From NCBI GenBank assembly GCA_039811685.1, contig JBDHZC010000003.1:96001-160000 (forward strand): a stretch of DNA of 64,000 nt, written 5' to 3'. The notes under the pieces are model-generated. The model was not told the DNA's origin. It did not search any database and saw only the letters and a list, made by a program, of their open reading frames with translations. The position numbers and the translations under genes were made by a program. The stretch comes from Armatimonadota bacterium (GTDB taxonomy: Bacteria > Armatimonadota > UBA5829 > DSUL01). This document shows, one piece after another, positions 46,303 to 56,506 of the stretch (position 1 is the first letter of the stretch; each line of letters begins with the position of its first letter).

Positions 46303-46438
46303 GGCTAGGTGACAACGGCTCGCCAGGCGCGGATCCCAAACCGGCCGCACGGAGCTTGCAGCGTAGACGCAGGGACATTTGGCACGCACGTGGAACACGG
46401 TGGCAATCTGCCTGTGTCGGCAGATCAGTGAGGTGCCA

Positions 46439-49378
46439 ATGTTGAATCTGCGCTGTCTCTTCTTCGTTTTTTCGCTTATTGCGCCGTTTTGTGTGCCGAT
46501 TTCGGCTGCCGGTCTCATCAATCCGTCCATCCCTAATGCCGGCTTTGAAAACGGCAGTGAGGGCTGGACCTGGGTTCTGAGCAGCGGCTGTCAGGCGGGC
46601 TTCCGGTTCGACACCGGGAATCCGCACTCCGGCAAGCAGTGCGTCGTCTTTTCCAGCAACACTCCGCTGATTCCGAATGTTTACGGCCGCCTGTCGGTGA
46701 ATGCGGAAGTGCTGCCCTCAACGAAGTACGAACTGAGCTGCTGGGTGCGAGCTAAAGACGCATCGGACACGGGTGGCGTTTCTCATCTCACGGACTGGTC
46801 CAGGTACACGCTTTCACTCCCCGGTGGAACCTACGGCTGGCGCAGGGTCTCGACCGAGTTCACAACCAATGCCGGCCAGACAACGCTCAACATCGGCATC
46901 AACATTGTCAACACGTGTAAGGAGCTGGCTATAGACGATATCGCGCTGCGGCCTGTTGGCGGACAGCTTCAAGGCGCGGGAATAAGCGGCGTCATCCTGA
47001 ATCTGGACAAAGTCATCGGTCACAACAGTCCGGTTCCGATATCGGTTCTGCTGGATTGCTCCAATCGCAAGGCAGCCACGCTTGAAGGCTCCATCCTGAG
47101 CAATGACCGCGTGATCAAGACCATGCGCAGCCCTCTGAGACGGGGCGAGACGAAGGTGACGTGGGAGTGGAACACTGGCAACCGGCCCTTTGGAGACTAC
47201 ACTCTGCGAGTGCGGGTGCTGGACGCTCTCGGCAGTGAACTCACCAGCGCCACAACAAAGTTTTCCTCCAGCGATTCGCCGCTCTTCGCACAGATCCAGC
47301 AGGTGGAAGAGCGCAAGAAGGGCTTTGATGCGCTCTTTCGAGAATGCCAGCGCAGAGGTGTCCGGCTGGACTATCCCGCCGCCGCGAAGGAAACGCTGGA
47401 GCAGTTCATTCCCTATGCAAAGGCCGATGTGCGTGCCGGGATGGACTACCGCGTGAAATGGGCGCTGTCTGACTTTGACGCCATCATAGACACCGCCCAG
47501 GCCGAAATGCAGGCCTATCTGAGCGATCCGGAGCTTGCTCCCGTCGCCCGTCGCTACAGGACCGGAGCGGTCGATGTCCAGGGTCTCAGCTTCATCGGCG
47601 ATCGCGTCACCTCCACTGGTGAAAATGACCGCGGGCCGGTCTTTCTGGTCGGTTACGGACATTTCACTCAGCTTCGCACGGACATGAAGCGATTTCCGCG
47701 CTATGGCACGAACATTATCCAGTTCTCAGAGTTTGGGCCAAGCGCCGTCTTCCCGGAGGAGAACAAGGTCTCCTACGACTATATCAAGATACTTCAGCGT
47801 ACGCTGGACGAAGCGGCCAAAAACAATGTACGCGTGGACTTTCTCATTTCGCCTCACTACTTTCCCGCATGGGCAATGCAGAAGTATCCACAGCTTGGCA
47901 AAGGTGGCGGTGGGTTTCTCGGTTTCTGCGTGGACGATCCCGTAGCCAAAGATATTATCGAGCGCTATCTGCGCGTCGTCATTCCTATGATCAAGGACAA
48001 GCCCGCGCTTGGCTCGTTCTGCCTGACCAACGAGCCTGTCTTCGACAACACCGTCAACTGCGAGAATACAAAGCAGATCTGGGTGGACTATCTAAAGCGT
48101 GTGCACAAGGACATAGCTACCCTGAATGCCCGCTATGGGACCAGTTACCCCAGCTTTGACGAGGTTCCCTACAGCGGAGACCCGCAGGCGTACGACTGGC
48201 TGATGTGCGCCATGGAGCGCTTTGCCGGGTGGCACAAATGGATGGGGGACATCATCCACGAAATGGCGCCCAATATTCCAGTACACGCAAAAGTCATGTC
48301 TTTTGCGTTCAATCCGAACTATAACGGTTTCGCCACCGATCAGGAGCTTTTCGGCCAACTGCTCGACCTGAACGGCAACGACTGTTACGAGTTTCCCGGA
48401 AGCCCGGACTGGCCGATGGACGCATGGATGATGAATACCTCCTACGACCTCCAGCGCTCCTTTGCCCGCAAGCCTATCTTCAACTCCGAGAACCACATCG
48501 CCCCGGACGGCTCCAACTACTACATCTCACCCGGCAACTTCCGGACCGCCCTGTGGCAGGGGGCCATACACGGCCAGAGCGCCACTACCATCTGGGTCTG
48601 GGAGCGCGCCTTTGACAACCTGTACGGCTTCATCGGCAGCGTGATGGACCGCCCCGCATGCGCCGAAGCCGTCGGAGTGACCTGCCTGGACCTGAACCGC
48701 TTTGCGGGTCGCGTGACTGCGCTCCAGAACGCCACAGCGCCTGCAGCCATCCTCTACTCGCGCTCCAGCATGGTCCGGCACGGCCAGGCGCACTCCGCGG
48801 CGATGACGCGCGTCTATCAGGCTTTGAACTTTATGGGCAACAAGGTGGATTTCATCTCTGAAAAGCAGCTTGCCGCCGGTAAAGCCTCAGACTATAAACT
48901 TATCATCATCCCGGAAGTCGAGACTTTGACCGACGCCGCGTTCGCCGCGCTACAGAAAACAGACCCGTCTTCACTGCTGTTGCTGGGTGAGTGTTTCACG
49001 CGCAACGAATACGGTCAGAAGCGTGATCCCGCAGCGGTATCCGCCCTGGTTTCTGGCGCTGCAAAGCTGAAAGACGGCGACCCGGAGAAGGACCTCTGGC
49101 CGCAGCTTCGCCAGAAGCTGACTGAGAAAAACGCCGTGCCGGGCTGTGCGGTCGTTGACGCGGAAAGCGGGCAACCGATCTGGGGCGTTGAGTGGCTGGC
49201 GACGCGCTATCAGGGCAAAGAGCTTCTCAACATTGTCAATCTGCACGGACAGCCGCATCGTATCAAAATTGTGCGCAATGGACAGCCCGTAGAAGCCAAA
49301 AACCTGCTGAGCCTGGGCGGAAAAGAGCCCGTGGGAGACCTGAAGCCGCTGACCCCCGTGCTGACTGAGCTTCCCTGA
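46439..49378 (+). CDS. Secreted GH42-like (clan GH-A) glycoside hydrolase with an N-terminal CBM4/9-like domain
   Basis: Signal peptide, NAGFE CBM start, HYFPAWA, TNEP acid/base, IATLNARYGTSY, NSENH nucleophile, trimerisation-like C-terminus. Confidence 0.8.
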   Translation: MLNLRCLFFVFSLIAPFCVPISAAGLINPSIPNAGFENGSEGWTWVLSSGCQAGFRFDTGNPHSGKQCVVFSSNTPLIPNVYGRLSVNAEVLPSTKYELSCWVRAKDASDTGGVSHLTDWSRYTLSLPGGTYGWRRVSTEFTTNAGQTTLNIGINIVNTCKELAIDDIALRPVGGQLQGAGISGVILNLDKVIGHNSPVPISVLLDCSNRKAATLEGSILSNDRVIKTMRSPLRRGETKVTWEWNTGNRPFGDYTLRVRVLDALGSELTSATTKFSSSDSPLFAQIQQVEERKKGFDALFRECQRRGVRLDYPAAAKETLEQFIPYAKADVRAGMDYRVKWALSDFDAIIDTAQAEMQAYLSDPELAPVARRYRTGAVDVQGLSFIGDRVTSTGENDRGPVFLVGYGHFTQLRTDMKRFPRYGTNIIQFSEFGPSAVFPEENKVSYDYIKILQRTLDEAAKNNVRVDFLISPHYFPAWAMQKYPQLGKGGGGFLGFCVDDPVAKDIIERYLRVVIPMIKDKPALGSFCLTNEPVFDNTVNCENTKQIWVDYLKRVHKDIATLNARYGTSYPSFDEVPYSGDPQAYDWLMCAMERFAGWHKWMGDIIHEMAPNIPVHAKVMSFAFNPNYNGFATDQELFGQLLDLNGNDCYEFPGSPDWPMDAWMMNTSYDLQRSFARKPIFNSENHIAPDGSNYYISPGNFRTALWQGAIHGQSATTIWVWERAFDNLYGFIGSVMDRPACAEAVGVTCLDLNRFAGRVTALQNATAPAAILYSRSSMVRHGQAHSAAMTRVYQALNFMGNKVDFISEKQLAAGKASDYKLIIIPEVETLTDAAFAALQKTDPSSLLLLGECFTRNEYGQKRDPAAVSALVSGAAKLKDGDPEKDLWPQLRQKLTEKNAVPGCAVVDAESGQPIWGVEWLATRYQGKELLNIVNLHGQPHRIKIVRNGQPVEAKNLLSLGGKEPVGDLKPLTPVLTELP

Positions 49379-49563
49379 TTCGGGTTTGCCGCTATAGATA
49401 CTTTCGCCGCAGGTTCATCCGTCAGCCTGCGGCGGACTGCGGTCTGGAGCGTCATCGCTGCTTGCCAACCTTGCGGAAAACTCACTATTCGCCGTTTGCC
49501 GTTGCGCCCTTGAAGCGCGGCTCTGTCCCTGCTACAATGCATCCAGGATAACCCCGACCCACT

Positions 49564-51345
49564 ATGAGTGAACCAACTCGCATACTTGCAACGGACTGCG
49601 GCAGCACCACCACCAAAGCCATCCTCATCGAAAAGCGCACGGGCGGCTGGCAGCTTGTCTGCCGGGGAGAGGCGCCCACCACCGTTGAAGCCCCCTATGA
49701 CGATGTCACCGTGGGCGTCACGAACGCCGTACGCGAAGTGGAAGAGCTGGCCGGGTTGACGCTTCTGGACCCATCGGGAGCCGGACTCATCCATCCCGCC
49801 GAAGGCGATCGCGGTGTGGACCTGTTTCTCTCCACATCCAGCGCCGGAGGCGGACTTCAGATGACAGTGGCTGGCGTGGTCAAGGCGATGAGCGCTGAAA
49901 GCGCGGAGCGCGCGGCGCTTGGAGCGGGCGCCATCATCATGGACGTCATCGCGGTGGACGATGGACGCAAGGACTGGCAGAAGATCGAGCGCATCCGGAG
50001 CCTGCGCCCGGATATGGTGCTGGTGTCGGGCGGCACGGATGGCGGGACCGTTTCTCACCTTGTGGATATCGGTGAGATGCTGGTAGCCGCCGACCCGAAG
50101 CCGCGCCTCGGCGGCGAACTCAAGCTGCCGGTGATCTTTGCGGGCAACTCCCAGGCGCGCGAAGCCGTGAGTAAGCTGCTGGACGGCCGCGTGGACCTGC
50201 GCATCACGGACAACCTGCGGCCGGAGCTGGACCGCGAAAACCTGGGTCCGGCGCGCGAAGCCATTCACGAGCTCTTCCTACAGCACGTCATGCAACAGGC
50301 CCCCGGCTACAGCAAGCTGTCTGACTGGGTGGACTCAGGCATTATGTCCACGCCGAACGCCGTCGGAAAGATGGTGGAGACCGTAGCCCGCGAAGAGGCT
50401 CAACAGGTGCTCGCAGTGGACATCGGCGGGGCCACCACCGACGTTTTCTCAGTCTTTGCAGGAGTTTTCAACCGCACTGTCAGCGCCAATCTCGGGATGA
50501 GCTACTCCATCTGCAATGTGCTGGCGGAAGCTGGAATCCGCAACATCGTCCGCTGGCTTCCCTTTGAGGTGGACGAGTGGGACGTGCGCAATCGCCTGCG
50601 CAACAAAATGATCCGCCCGACCACCATTCCCGAAACCCTCCAGGACCTGCGGGTGGAGCAGGCGCTGGCGCGGGAGGCGCTGCGGCTCGCCTTTGAGCAT
50701 CACAAAATGCTGGCGCGCGGGCTGAAAGGCGTGCAGCAACAGCGCACCGTCGGCGACATCATGAACCAGGCTGGCACAGGCGAGACTCTGGTGGACATGA
50801 TGCGCTGCGATCTCATCATAGGCAGCGGCGGCGTGCTCTCCCATGCGCCAAGGCGCGGCGAGTCCGCGTTGATGATGCTGGATGCTTATCAGCCCCAGGG
50901 GCTGACCTATCTCACCGTTGACTCCATCTTCATGATGCCTCAGCTTGGCGTGCTCTCGACTCTTCAGCCAGAGGCTGCCGCAACCGTTTTCGACAGGGAC
51001 TGCCTGATCAGGCTTGGGCCGGTCATTGCGCCGGTGGGCAACGGAAAGCCGGGCGCGCTTCTTTGCACTGTGCGCTGGGACTCGCATGAGGCGCAACTGC
51101 ATGCGGGAGACATCCAGGTGCATCCGCTGGAGCCGGGCAGAACCGTCGAACTTGAGATCGTTCCCAGCCGGGGCGTGGACGTTGGCGAGGGCAGGGGACG
51201 CTCGCGCGCAGCCACCGTGAACGGTGGCGTCGTTGGACTGATTCTGGACGGGCGCGGACGCCCGCTCGCCTTCCCGCCGGACACCGCCGCATGCGTTCAG
51301 ATGATGCGGCGCTCCTACGAAGCATTCGGGCTTCCCATCATCTAG
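49564..51345 (+). CDS. Glutamate mutase L (GlmL/MutL)-like actin-fold ATPase
   Basis: DCGSTTTK, SSAGGGL, GGTDGG, VDIGGATTDV, IGSGGVL motifs. Confidence 0.85.
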   Translation: MSEPTRILATDCGSTTTKAILIEKRTGGWQLVCRGEAPTTVEAPYDDVTVGVTNAVREVEELAGLTLLDPSGAGLIHPAEGDRGVDLFLSTSSAGGGLQMTVAGVVKAMSAESAERAALGAGAIIMDVIAVDDGRKDWQKIERIRSLRPDMVLVSGGTDGGTVSHLVDIGEMLVAADPKPRLGGELKLPVIFAGNSQAREAVSKLLDGRVDLRITDNLRPELDRENLGPAREAIHELFLQHVMQQAPGYSKLSDWVDSGIMSTPNAVGKMVETVAREEAQQVLAVDIGGATTDVFSVFAGVFNRTVSANLGMSYSICNVLAEAGIRNIVRWLPFEVDEWDVRNRLRNKMIRPTTIPETLQDLRVEQALAREALRLAFEHHKMLARGLKGVQQQRTVGDIMNQAGTGETLVDMMRCDLIIGSGGVLSHAPRRGESALMMLDAYQPQGLTYLTVDSIFMMPQLGVLSTLQPEAAATVFDRDCLIRLGPVIAPVGNGKPGALLCTVRWDSHEAQLHAGDIQVHPLEPGRTVELEIVPSRGVDVGEGRGRSRAATVNGGVVGLILDGRGRPLAFPPDTAACVQMMRRSYEAFGLPII

Positions 51346-51357
51346 CTTTCAGAAACT

Positions 51358-52485
51358 ATGGCTCAGGCATACACACCGGGACTCACTGTTACAGGATTCA
51401 CCACTATCCGCAAGCTGCGGAGACTGCCGTTGGCGGGCGATGTGCTGGTGCAGGCAGGGCAACACGTGGAGCCAAGCGACATCCTCGCCCGTGCCGAGCT
51501 TCCCGGAATTATGCGTACGTGCCGCACAGCGGAGTTGCTGGGGCTGGATCCGAAAGACCTTCCGCCCGCGCTGCTGGTAAAGGAAGGCGACACCGTTGTG
51601 AAGGGCCAGGCGCTCGCGCGGACCTCCAGCTTCTTTGGACTTTTCAAGAACGAAAGCCGAGCCCCGGTGGGCGGGCTCGTGGAGTTGATCAACCCGCTGT
51701 CCGGCAACATCGGCATCCGCGAAGCCCCGTCACCCGTTGAGATCAAAGCCTACGTGCGGGGCGAGGTTGTGGATGTCTTGCCGCGGGAGGGGGCTGTGGT
51801 CGAAACGCGGGGGGCTTTGATACAGGGCATTTTCGGTGTTGGAGGGGAGCGCAACGGCGCGATTCACACTTTGGAGGGTGACTCGGACATTGACGGCGCC
51901 TGTGCTGGCGCGGTCGTTGTATTAAGAGGCTGCGTAACTCTACAGCAAATGAGGGCGGCTTCGGATTGTGGCGCTGTTGGGATTGTGGCGGGCGGAGTGG
52001 TGGACTCCGATCTGATTCAATATCTGGGGCACGATATTGGCGTAGCCATAACAGGGGAAGAGCAGGTGCCCTCGACGGTCATCGTCACTGAGGGATTTGG
52101 TGAGATCTCGATGGCTCAGAGGACATGGGATTTGCTGCAGTCTCTCGAAGGCCGAATGGCTTCCATCAACGGAGCGACGCAGATTCGCGCAGGCGTGATT
52201 CGCCCGGAAATTATCGTTCCGGCTGTGCTGGGTACGTCTGGTGCCGCTGGTGAGCCTAATCAGGGCAGCATGTCCCGGGATGGTGAGTCAGGATCTCTGG
52301 AGAACGGCTGCTCCATTCGTATAATTCGAGAGCCTCATTTTGGAGCGCTGGCGACTGTCACAGAACTGCCGTCTGAGCTTGAAACTGTCCCCTCGGGAGC
52401 TCATGTGCGCGTACTCGTAGCAAGGCTGCAGGATGGGCAGACCGTGCGGGTGCCCAGAGCCAACGTCGAGCTTATGCAGCAGTAA
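51358..52485 (+). CDS. Hypothetical partner of the GlmL-like protein, with barrel-sandwich hybrid motifs and a KOW-like C-terminus
   Basis: GDVLVQAGQHV and LVKEGDTV hybrid motifs, IQGIFGVGGE, TEGFG, IRIIREPHFG; starts 12 nt after the glmL-like gene. Confidence 0.8.
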   Translation: MAQAYTPGLTVTGFTTIRKLRRLPLAGDVLVQAGQHVEPSDILARAELPGIMRTCRTAELLGLDPKDLPPALLVKEGDTVVKGQALARTSSFFGLFKNESRAPVGGLVELINPLSGNIGIREAPSPVEIKAYVRGEVVDVLPREGAVVETRGALIQGIFGVGGERNGAIHTLEGDSDIDGACAGAVVVLRGCVTLQQMRAASDCGAVGIVAGGVVDSDLIQYLGHDIGVAITGEEQVPSTVIVTEGFGEISMAQRTWDLLQSLEGRMASINGATQIRAGVIRPEIIVPAVLGTSGAAGEPNQGSMSRDGESGSLENGCSIRIIREPHFGALATVTELPSELETVPSGAHVRVLVARLQDGQTVRVPRANVELMQQ

Positions 52486-52575
52486 GCCATGTGCTGTCCT
52501 CATCTGTGACGCACCTCTGCTCTTTCTTGCAGCCTGCCCAGCCGCGTCTAAGGTTTTTCATAGCCGCGGAACCGG

Positions 52576-52605
52576 TTGACCTTTTGTATGACAGCGGAGT
52601 ATAGT
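52576..52605 (+). promoter_or_regulatory. Promoter of the phosphodiester glycosidase-nagZ operon
   Basis: TTGACC-18-TATAGT. Confidence 0.55.
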
Positions 52606-52639
52606 CTAGCGCAAGCCCACCCGGATTGGAGCCTCTGTT

Positions 52640-54346
52640 ATGCGACCCATCAGACTCAATTTTCTCCTCATTTGTGCTTTGCTGTGGATGTCCTGTGTGT
52701 CTGCGCCCGCCTTCGCCCAGCCGCGAGAGTATGTCAAGGACATTGCCCCAGGCGTTCAACTTTTGCAGACAGTCGATCCGGATGTGCCAATAACCATCAG
52801 CGCAGTCAAGTTCGACACTCGCAAAGCTGGTGTCCGGGCCGGAGCGTTTGTTGGAAACAACCTGATCAATGCAAAGCAGCGAGAAGTCGTCAGCTCCGCA
52901 GTCGCTCGCACTCACGCGCTGGCCGGCGCCAACGCCGATTTCTTTCCGTGGACGTGCGACCCTCTCGGGTTCACAGTGGTGGACGGACGCCTGGTGAGTG
53001 AACCTGCCAGCAACAGACCCTGCATAGGATTCACAACAGGTGGAGAGCCGCTCATTGGGGATGTGAAGATGGCGCTGACTCTTGAGATGCCCAACGGACG
53101 CTATATTAAGCTGGATGGCGTGGATCGCGCGGCAGGGCAGGCCGACGTCATTCTCTACGACCGCCTCTGGGGCACTTCGACAGGCGCATCCGCAGACTCT
53201 GCGGAACTCATTCTCTCCTGTGACTGGCCGCAGATTATGCAAACGGGCCAGTTGGACGCACAGGTTCTGAGTCTTAGCGTGCCAGGTACAGATCAGCGCA
53301 TTCCCGAAGGTGCGGTGGTTCTGGTGGCCAAAGGCGCGCGTGTCGCCGAGTTGACTTCGGCGCTATCCGATCAAAAGACTGTCAAGCTCAGGCTTGTCGT
53401 CCAGGACGGGAGCAATCGCTCGTGGCTCGGAGTTCGCAATGCCGTTGGAGGGGGATCATGGCTGGTGCGGGACGGGCAGGTTTTTGAGAACTCTCAAAAG
53501 GCCGGGTTCGGAGCCAGCTTCGCTAAGTCGCGCCACCCACGCACGGCAGTTGGGGTCACGAAAACCGGTTCCGTATTGCTCCTGGTCGTTGACGGCCGGC
53601 AGACCGTCAGTCGCGGCGCATCGCTGGCGGAGCTGGCCCAGATTATGATGGATCGGGGCTGCGTCCAGGCAATCAACCTGGACGGCGGCGGCTCCAGTTC
53701 GCTCGTGGTGGAGGACCTGGTCATCAACACTCCCTCAGATGGCCAGCAGCGACAGGTGGCCAGTGGCCTGCTCGTCTTTGGAACTCCCCTGACTATGACC
53801 TCACCCACATTTTCTCTTGCCCCTGCGACTTCTCAAGTCACCGCCGGCGCCGGTGAAAGCTTTCAGCCCAACCCGGCAGACTCCGGCTCACTGACACCCG
53901 CACAGATGACGCGCGTCCTGTGGGGCACAAAGAACGGGGGTGGCTTTGTGGAGCAAAACGGAGCCTTCACAGGACTGTTCCCCGGCATAAAGACTGTTCG
54001 CGCACGTCTTGCCGGCTCCACGGACGAAAGCCTTCCGGCCGAAGCTGATGTTGCGGTTCTTGCGAAGGGGCCAGGTGCTGTGACGCTCTCCTGGAATCCG
54101 GTAACACCTCTTGGAAACGCTCAGAGAACCCTCAACATAGCCGTGAAAGATTCTGCCGGAAACGCCTCTGCATGGGCGACAGCAGCAGTCAGTGTGACAG
54201 GCGGCAGCGCTAATCCGGCGTCGGTAGTCTGTGGACGGGACGGTCTGGGACAAACCACTGTAACCTGGGACAGCAGCTTCGCTACTGAGAACCGCATAGT
54301 GACTGTAACCTGTAACGCCGTCTCAGCGAGTACCGGCGACCAATAG
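52640..54346 (+). CDS. Phosphodiester glycosidase (NAGPA-like) family secreted protein
   Basis: NADFF, RHPRTAVG, VVDGRQ, AINLDGGGSS; Ig-like C-terminus. Confidence 0.88.
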   Translation: MRPIRLNFLLICALLWMSCVSAPAFAQPREYVKDIAPGVQLLQTVDPDVPITISAVKFDTRKAGVRAGAFVGNNLINAKQREVVSSAVARTHALAGANADFFPWTCDPLGFTVVDGRLVSEPASNRPCIGFTTGGEPLIGDVKMALTLEMPNGRYIKLDGVDRAAGQADVILYDRLWGTSTGASADSAELILSCDWPQIMQTGQLDAQVLSLSVPGTDQRIPEGAVVLVAKGARVAELTSALSDQKTVKLRLVVQDGSNRSWLGVRNAVGGGSWLVRDGQVFENSQKAGFGASFAKSRHPRTAVGVTKTGSVLLLVVDGRQTVSRGASLAELAQIMMDRGCVQAINLDGGGSSSLVVEDLVINTPSDGQQRQVASGLLVFGTPLTMTSPTFSLAPATSQVTAGAGESFQPNPADSGSLTPAQMTRVLWGTKNGGGFVEQNGAFTGLFPGIKTVRARLAGSTDESLPAEADVAVLAKGPGAVTLSWNPVTPLGNAQRTLNIAVKDSAGNASAWATAAVSVTGGSANPASVVCGRDGLGQTTVTWDSSFATENRIVTVTCNAVSASTGDQ

Positions 54347-54364
54347 AGACTGGAGAACGACACA

Positions 54365-56035
54365 ATGGATGCAAGAGCTCTTCTGGATACACTCACTCTA
54401 AAGCAAAAGATCGGGCAACTCCTCATTTTTGGCTGGGCAGGAGAGACTGAGGAAGAAAACACAACAGTTTCCGCTCATGCGCGCGTGCTGCTCGAAGAGT
54501 TTGAGGTTGGCGGTATTATCCTGCTTGGACGAAACGTATCAACTCCGGCGAGAACAGCTCAGACAATGAACGAGCTGCAGGAGCGCTCAGGCCTTCCACT
54601 TTTCATTATCGCCGATCAGGAAGGCGGGATGGTGGCGCGCTTCAAGGACCCTTACGTGGTTTTTCCGGGCAACATGGCTCTGGGAGCGTCGGGTGATCCA
54701 GCTTATGCGTACCGCGCCGCGAAAGCGACTGCGGAAGAACTGCTGGCTGTCGGAGTGAACTTTGACTTCGCGCCGTGCGTGGACGTCAACAACAATCCAC
54801 TAAACCCGATTATTGGGACTCGCTCGTACGGGGACAGCGCCGAGATAGTCAGTCGATTCGCCTCTGAAGCCATTCGGGGCTACACCGAAGGCGGCGTCCT
54901 CACGTCCGCCAAGCACTTCCCCGGTCACGGAGACACATCCGTAGATTCTCATCTGGCCTTGCCTGTTGTTGACTTTCCGCGGGAGCGCCTGGAGCGTGTC
55001 GAGTTTGCGCCGTTCAGGGCGGCTATTGATGCGGGTGTCGCCAGCATCATGACGACGCACATCGTCTTCCCCGCACTCGACCCAGAGCTTCCCTCAACTA
55101 TCTCTAAGCGGATTCTCACCGGGCTTTTGCGCGAAGAGATGGGCTGGGACGGTCTGGTGGTTACGGACTGCCTGGAGATGAAAGGGGTCGCGCTGAGGTG
55201 GGGAACGCCGGCCGCAGCGATAGAGTGCATCAAAGCGGGCGCCGATTGTCCGCTCATCTGCCATACGCTCTCCACTCAGCGTGAGGCGTATCAACGGATC
55301 TGCGAAGCTGTAGATTCGGGGGAACTCTCAGAAGAGCGTCTGAATCAATCCGTCCTGCGTGTGCTCAGGGCGAAGGAGCGCTTTGGCTTGCTGGACAAGC
55401 CTGCCCCGGCAGACCCGGATCGGGCGCTCGCTGTCGTTTCCGATGAGGACAAGAGTAGCCTTGCTTTGGAGATTGCGCGGCGGGCAGTAACAGTGGTCAG
55501 AGATGAACGGGGGACGATTCCCGCTGCGCTCAGCGCAGACCAGGAGATTCTGGTAACAGGGCTGCACCCACAGGTTCCTCAGCTTGCAGGGGAGCTGGCG
55601 CGGCTACACGCGAATGTGCGCATTGAGCCTCTCGGAGACTTGCCGAGACCCTCCAGTGAACAGGAGTTCGGTACTCTCTATCCAGGTCAGGTTTTGAAGG
55701 CTCCGCGCACAGCCGCAGAGTCGGATTTCCCGAAGTTGGCGTCAAAGACGGCTCTGGTGGTGGTTGCGACGTGCCGTTCTGAGCCGTGGACTTCTGGTAT
55801 TGACGAAGAAGCTCAGGCGCACCTGGTGCGCTACCTGGCCGCACAGGGAGCGCCACTCGTTGTCGTAGCTCTGCGAGAGCCTTACGATCTGCGCCAGTTC
55901 AGTGACGTCCCGTGTTACGTAGCTTCGTATGGCTATCGCCCGGAACAGCTTCGGGCGTGCGCTGAGGTACTGCTGGGGGTTCTGGAGGCTACAGGAGCCT
56001 TGCCAGTGGATATTCCAGGGGCGATTTCAGCCTAG
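54365..56035 (+). CDS. nagZ: GH3 beta-N-acetylhexosaminidase
   Basis: DQEGG, KHFPGHGDTSVDSH signature, VTDCLEM. Confidence 0.92.
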   Translation: MDARALLDTLTLKQKIGQLLIFGWAGETEEENTTVSAHARVLLEEFEVGGIILLGRNVSTPARTAQTMNELQERSGLPLFIIADQEGGMVARFKDPYVVFPGNMALGASGDPAYAYRAAKATAEELLAVGVNFDFAPCVDVNNNPLNPIIGTRSYGDSAEIVSRFASEAIRGYTEGGVLTSAKHFPGHGDTSVDSHLALPVVDFPRERLERVEFAPFRAAIDAGVASIMTTHIVFPALDPELPSTISKRILTGLLREEMGWDGLVVTDCLEMKGVALRWGTPAAAIECIKAGADCPLICHTLSTQREAYQRICEAVDSGELSEERLNQSVLRVLRAKERFGLLDKPAPADPDRALAVVSDEDKSSLALEIARRAVTVVRDERGTIPAALSADQEILVTGLHPQVPQLAGELARLHANVRIEPLGDLPRPSSEQEFGTLYPGQVLKAPRTAAESDFPKLASKTALVVVATCRSEPWTSGIDEEAQAHLVRYLAAQGAPLVVVALREPYDLRQFSDVPCYVASYGYRPEQLRACAEVLLGVLEATGALPVDIPGAISA

Positions 56036-56062
56036 TCAGATGTGATCTCTGGTCTGTTTTGG

Positions 56063-56299
56063 CTATTCGTAGACGCCGTCATCCAGCCAGACGTCTAGAG
56101 CTTCGGCAACCTGCACCCACATCACAGAGTTGCCCTCAAAGGCGACAAACAACATCTGGCGCTCCAGATCAACATCCAGAAGCTTGTCCACGCGTTCCTG
56201 CATGGATACCGAGCCATCTTCGGCCCGAATCGGCACTCGGTATTTGACCTTCAGTTTTTCGTTTGCGTCCAGTCGCTGAGATACCGTTTGCAGATCCAT
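56063..56299 (-). CDS. Small hypothetical protein
   Basis: GGAG RBS; protein-like composition; no family recognised. Confidence 0.55.
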   Translation of the reverse strand: MDLQTVSQRLDANEKLKVKYRVPIRAEDGSVSMQERVDKLLDVDLERQMLFVAFEGNSVMWVQVAEALDVWLDDGVYE

Positions 56300-56506
56300 C
56301 ACTTATCTCCAGATAGCTGCCGGTGGACGACAGGCGGCTCAGAAGGCACTTCTCCAACAAAGAGCGCCTCTCCTTCCGCTATGCCTTTGGCAGCACCGGT
56401 TGAGTTTATCTCAAAGAACCGCACAGCCGCATGTCCCAGGCAGACACGCTCAAGGAAGTGATGCCACCGTTGGCTCGTCGCCTGACGTACGCCGCGAGCG
56501 CCCGGC

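Noticed and set aside
46251..46438. c-di-AMP (ydaO) riboswitch upstream of the KimA-like gene
   Set aside because: The predicted promoter leaves a leader under 20 nt and no ydaO consensus motifs are seen.
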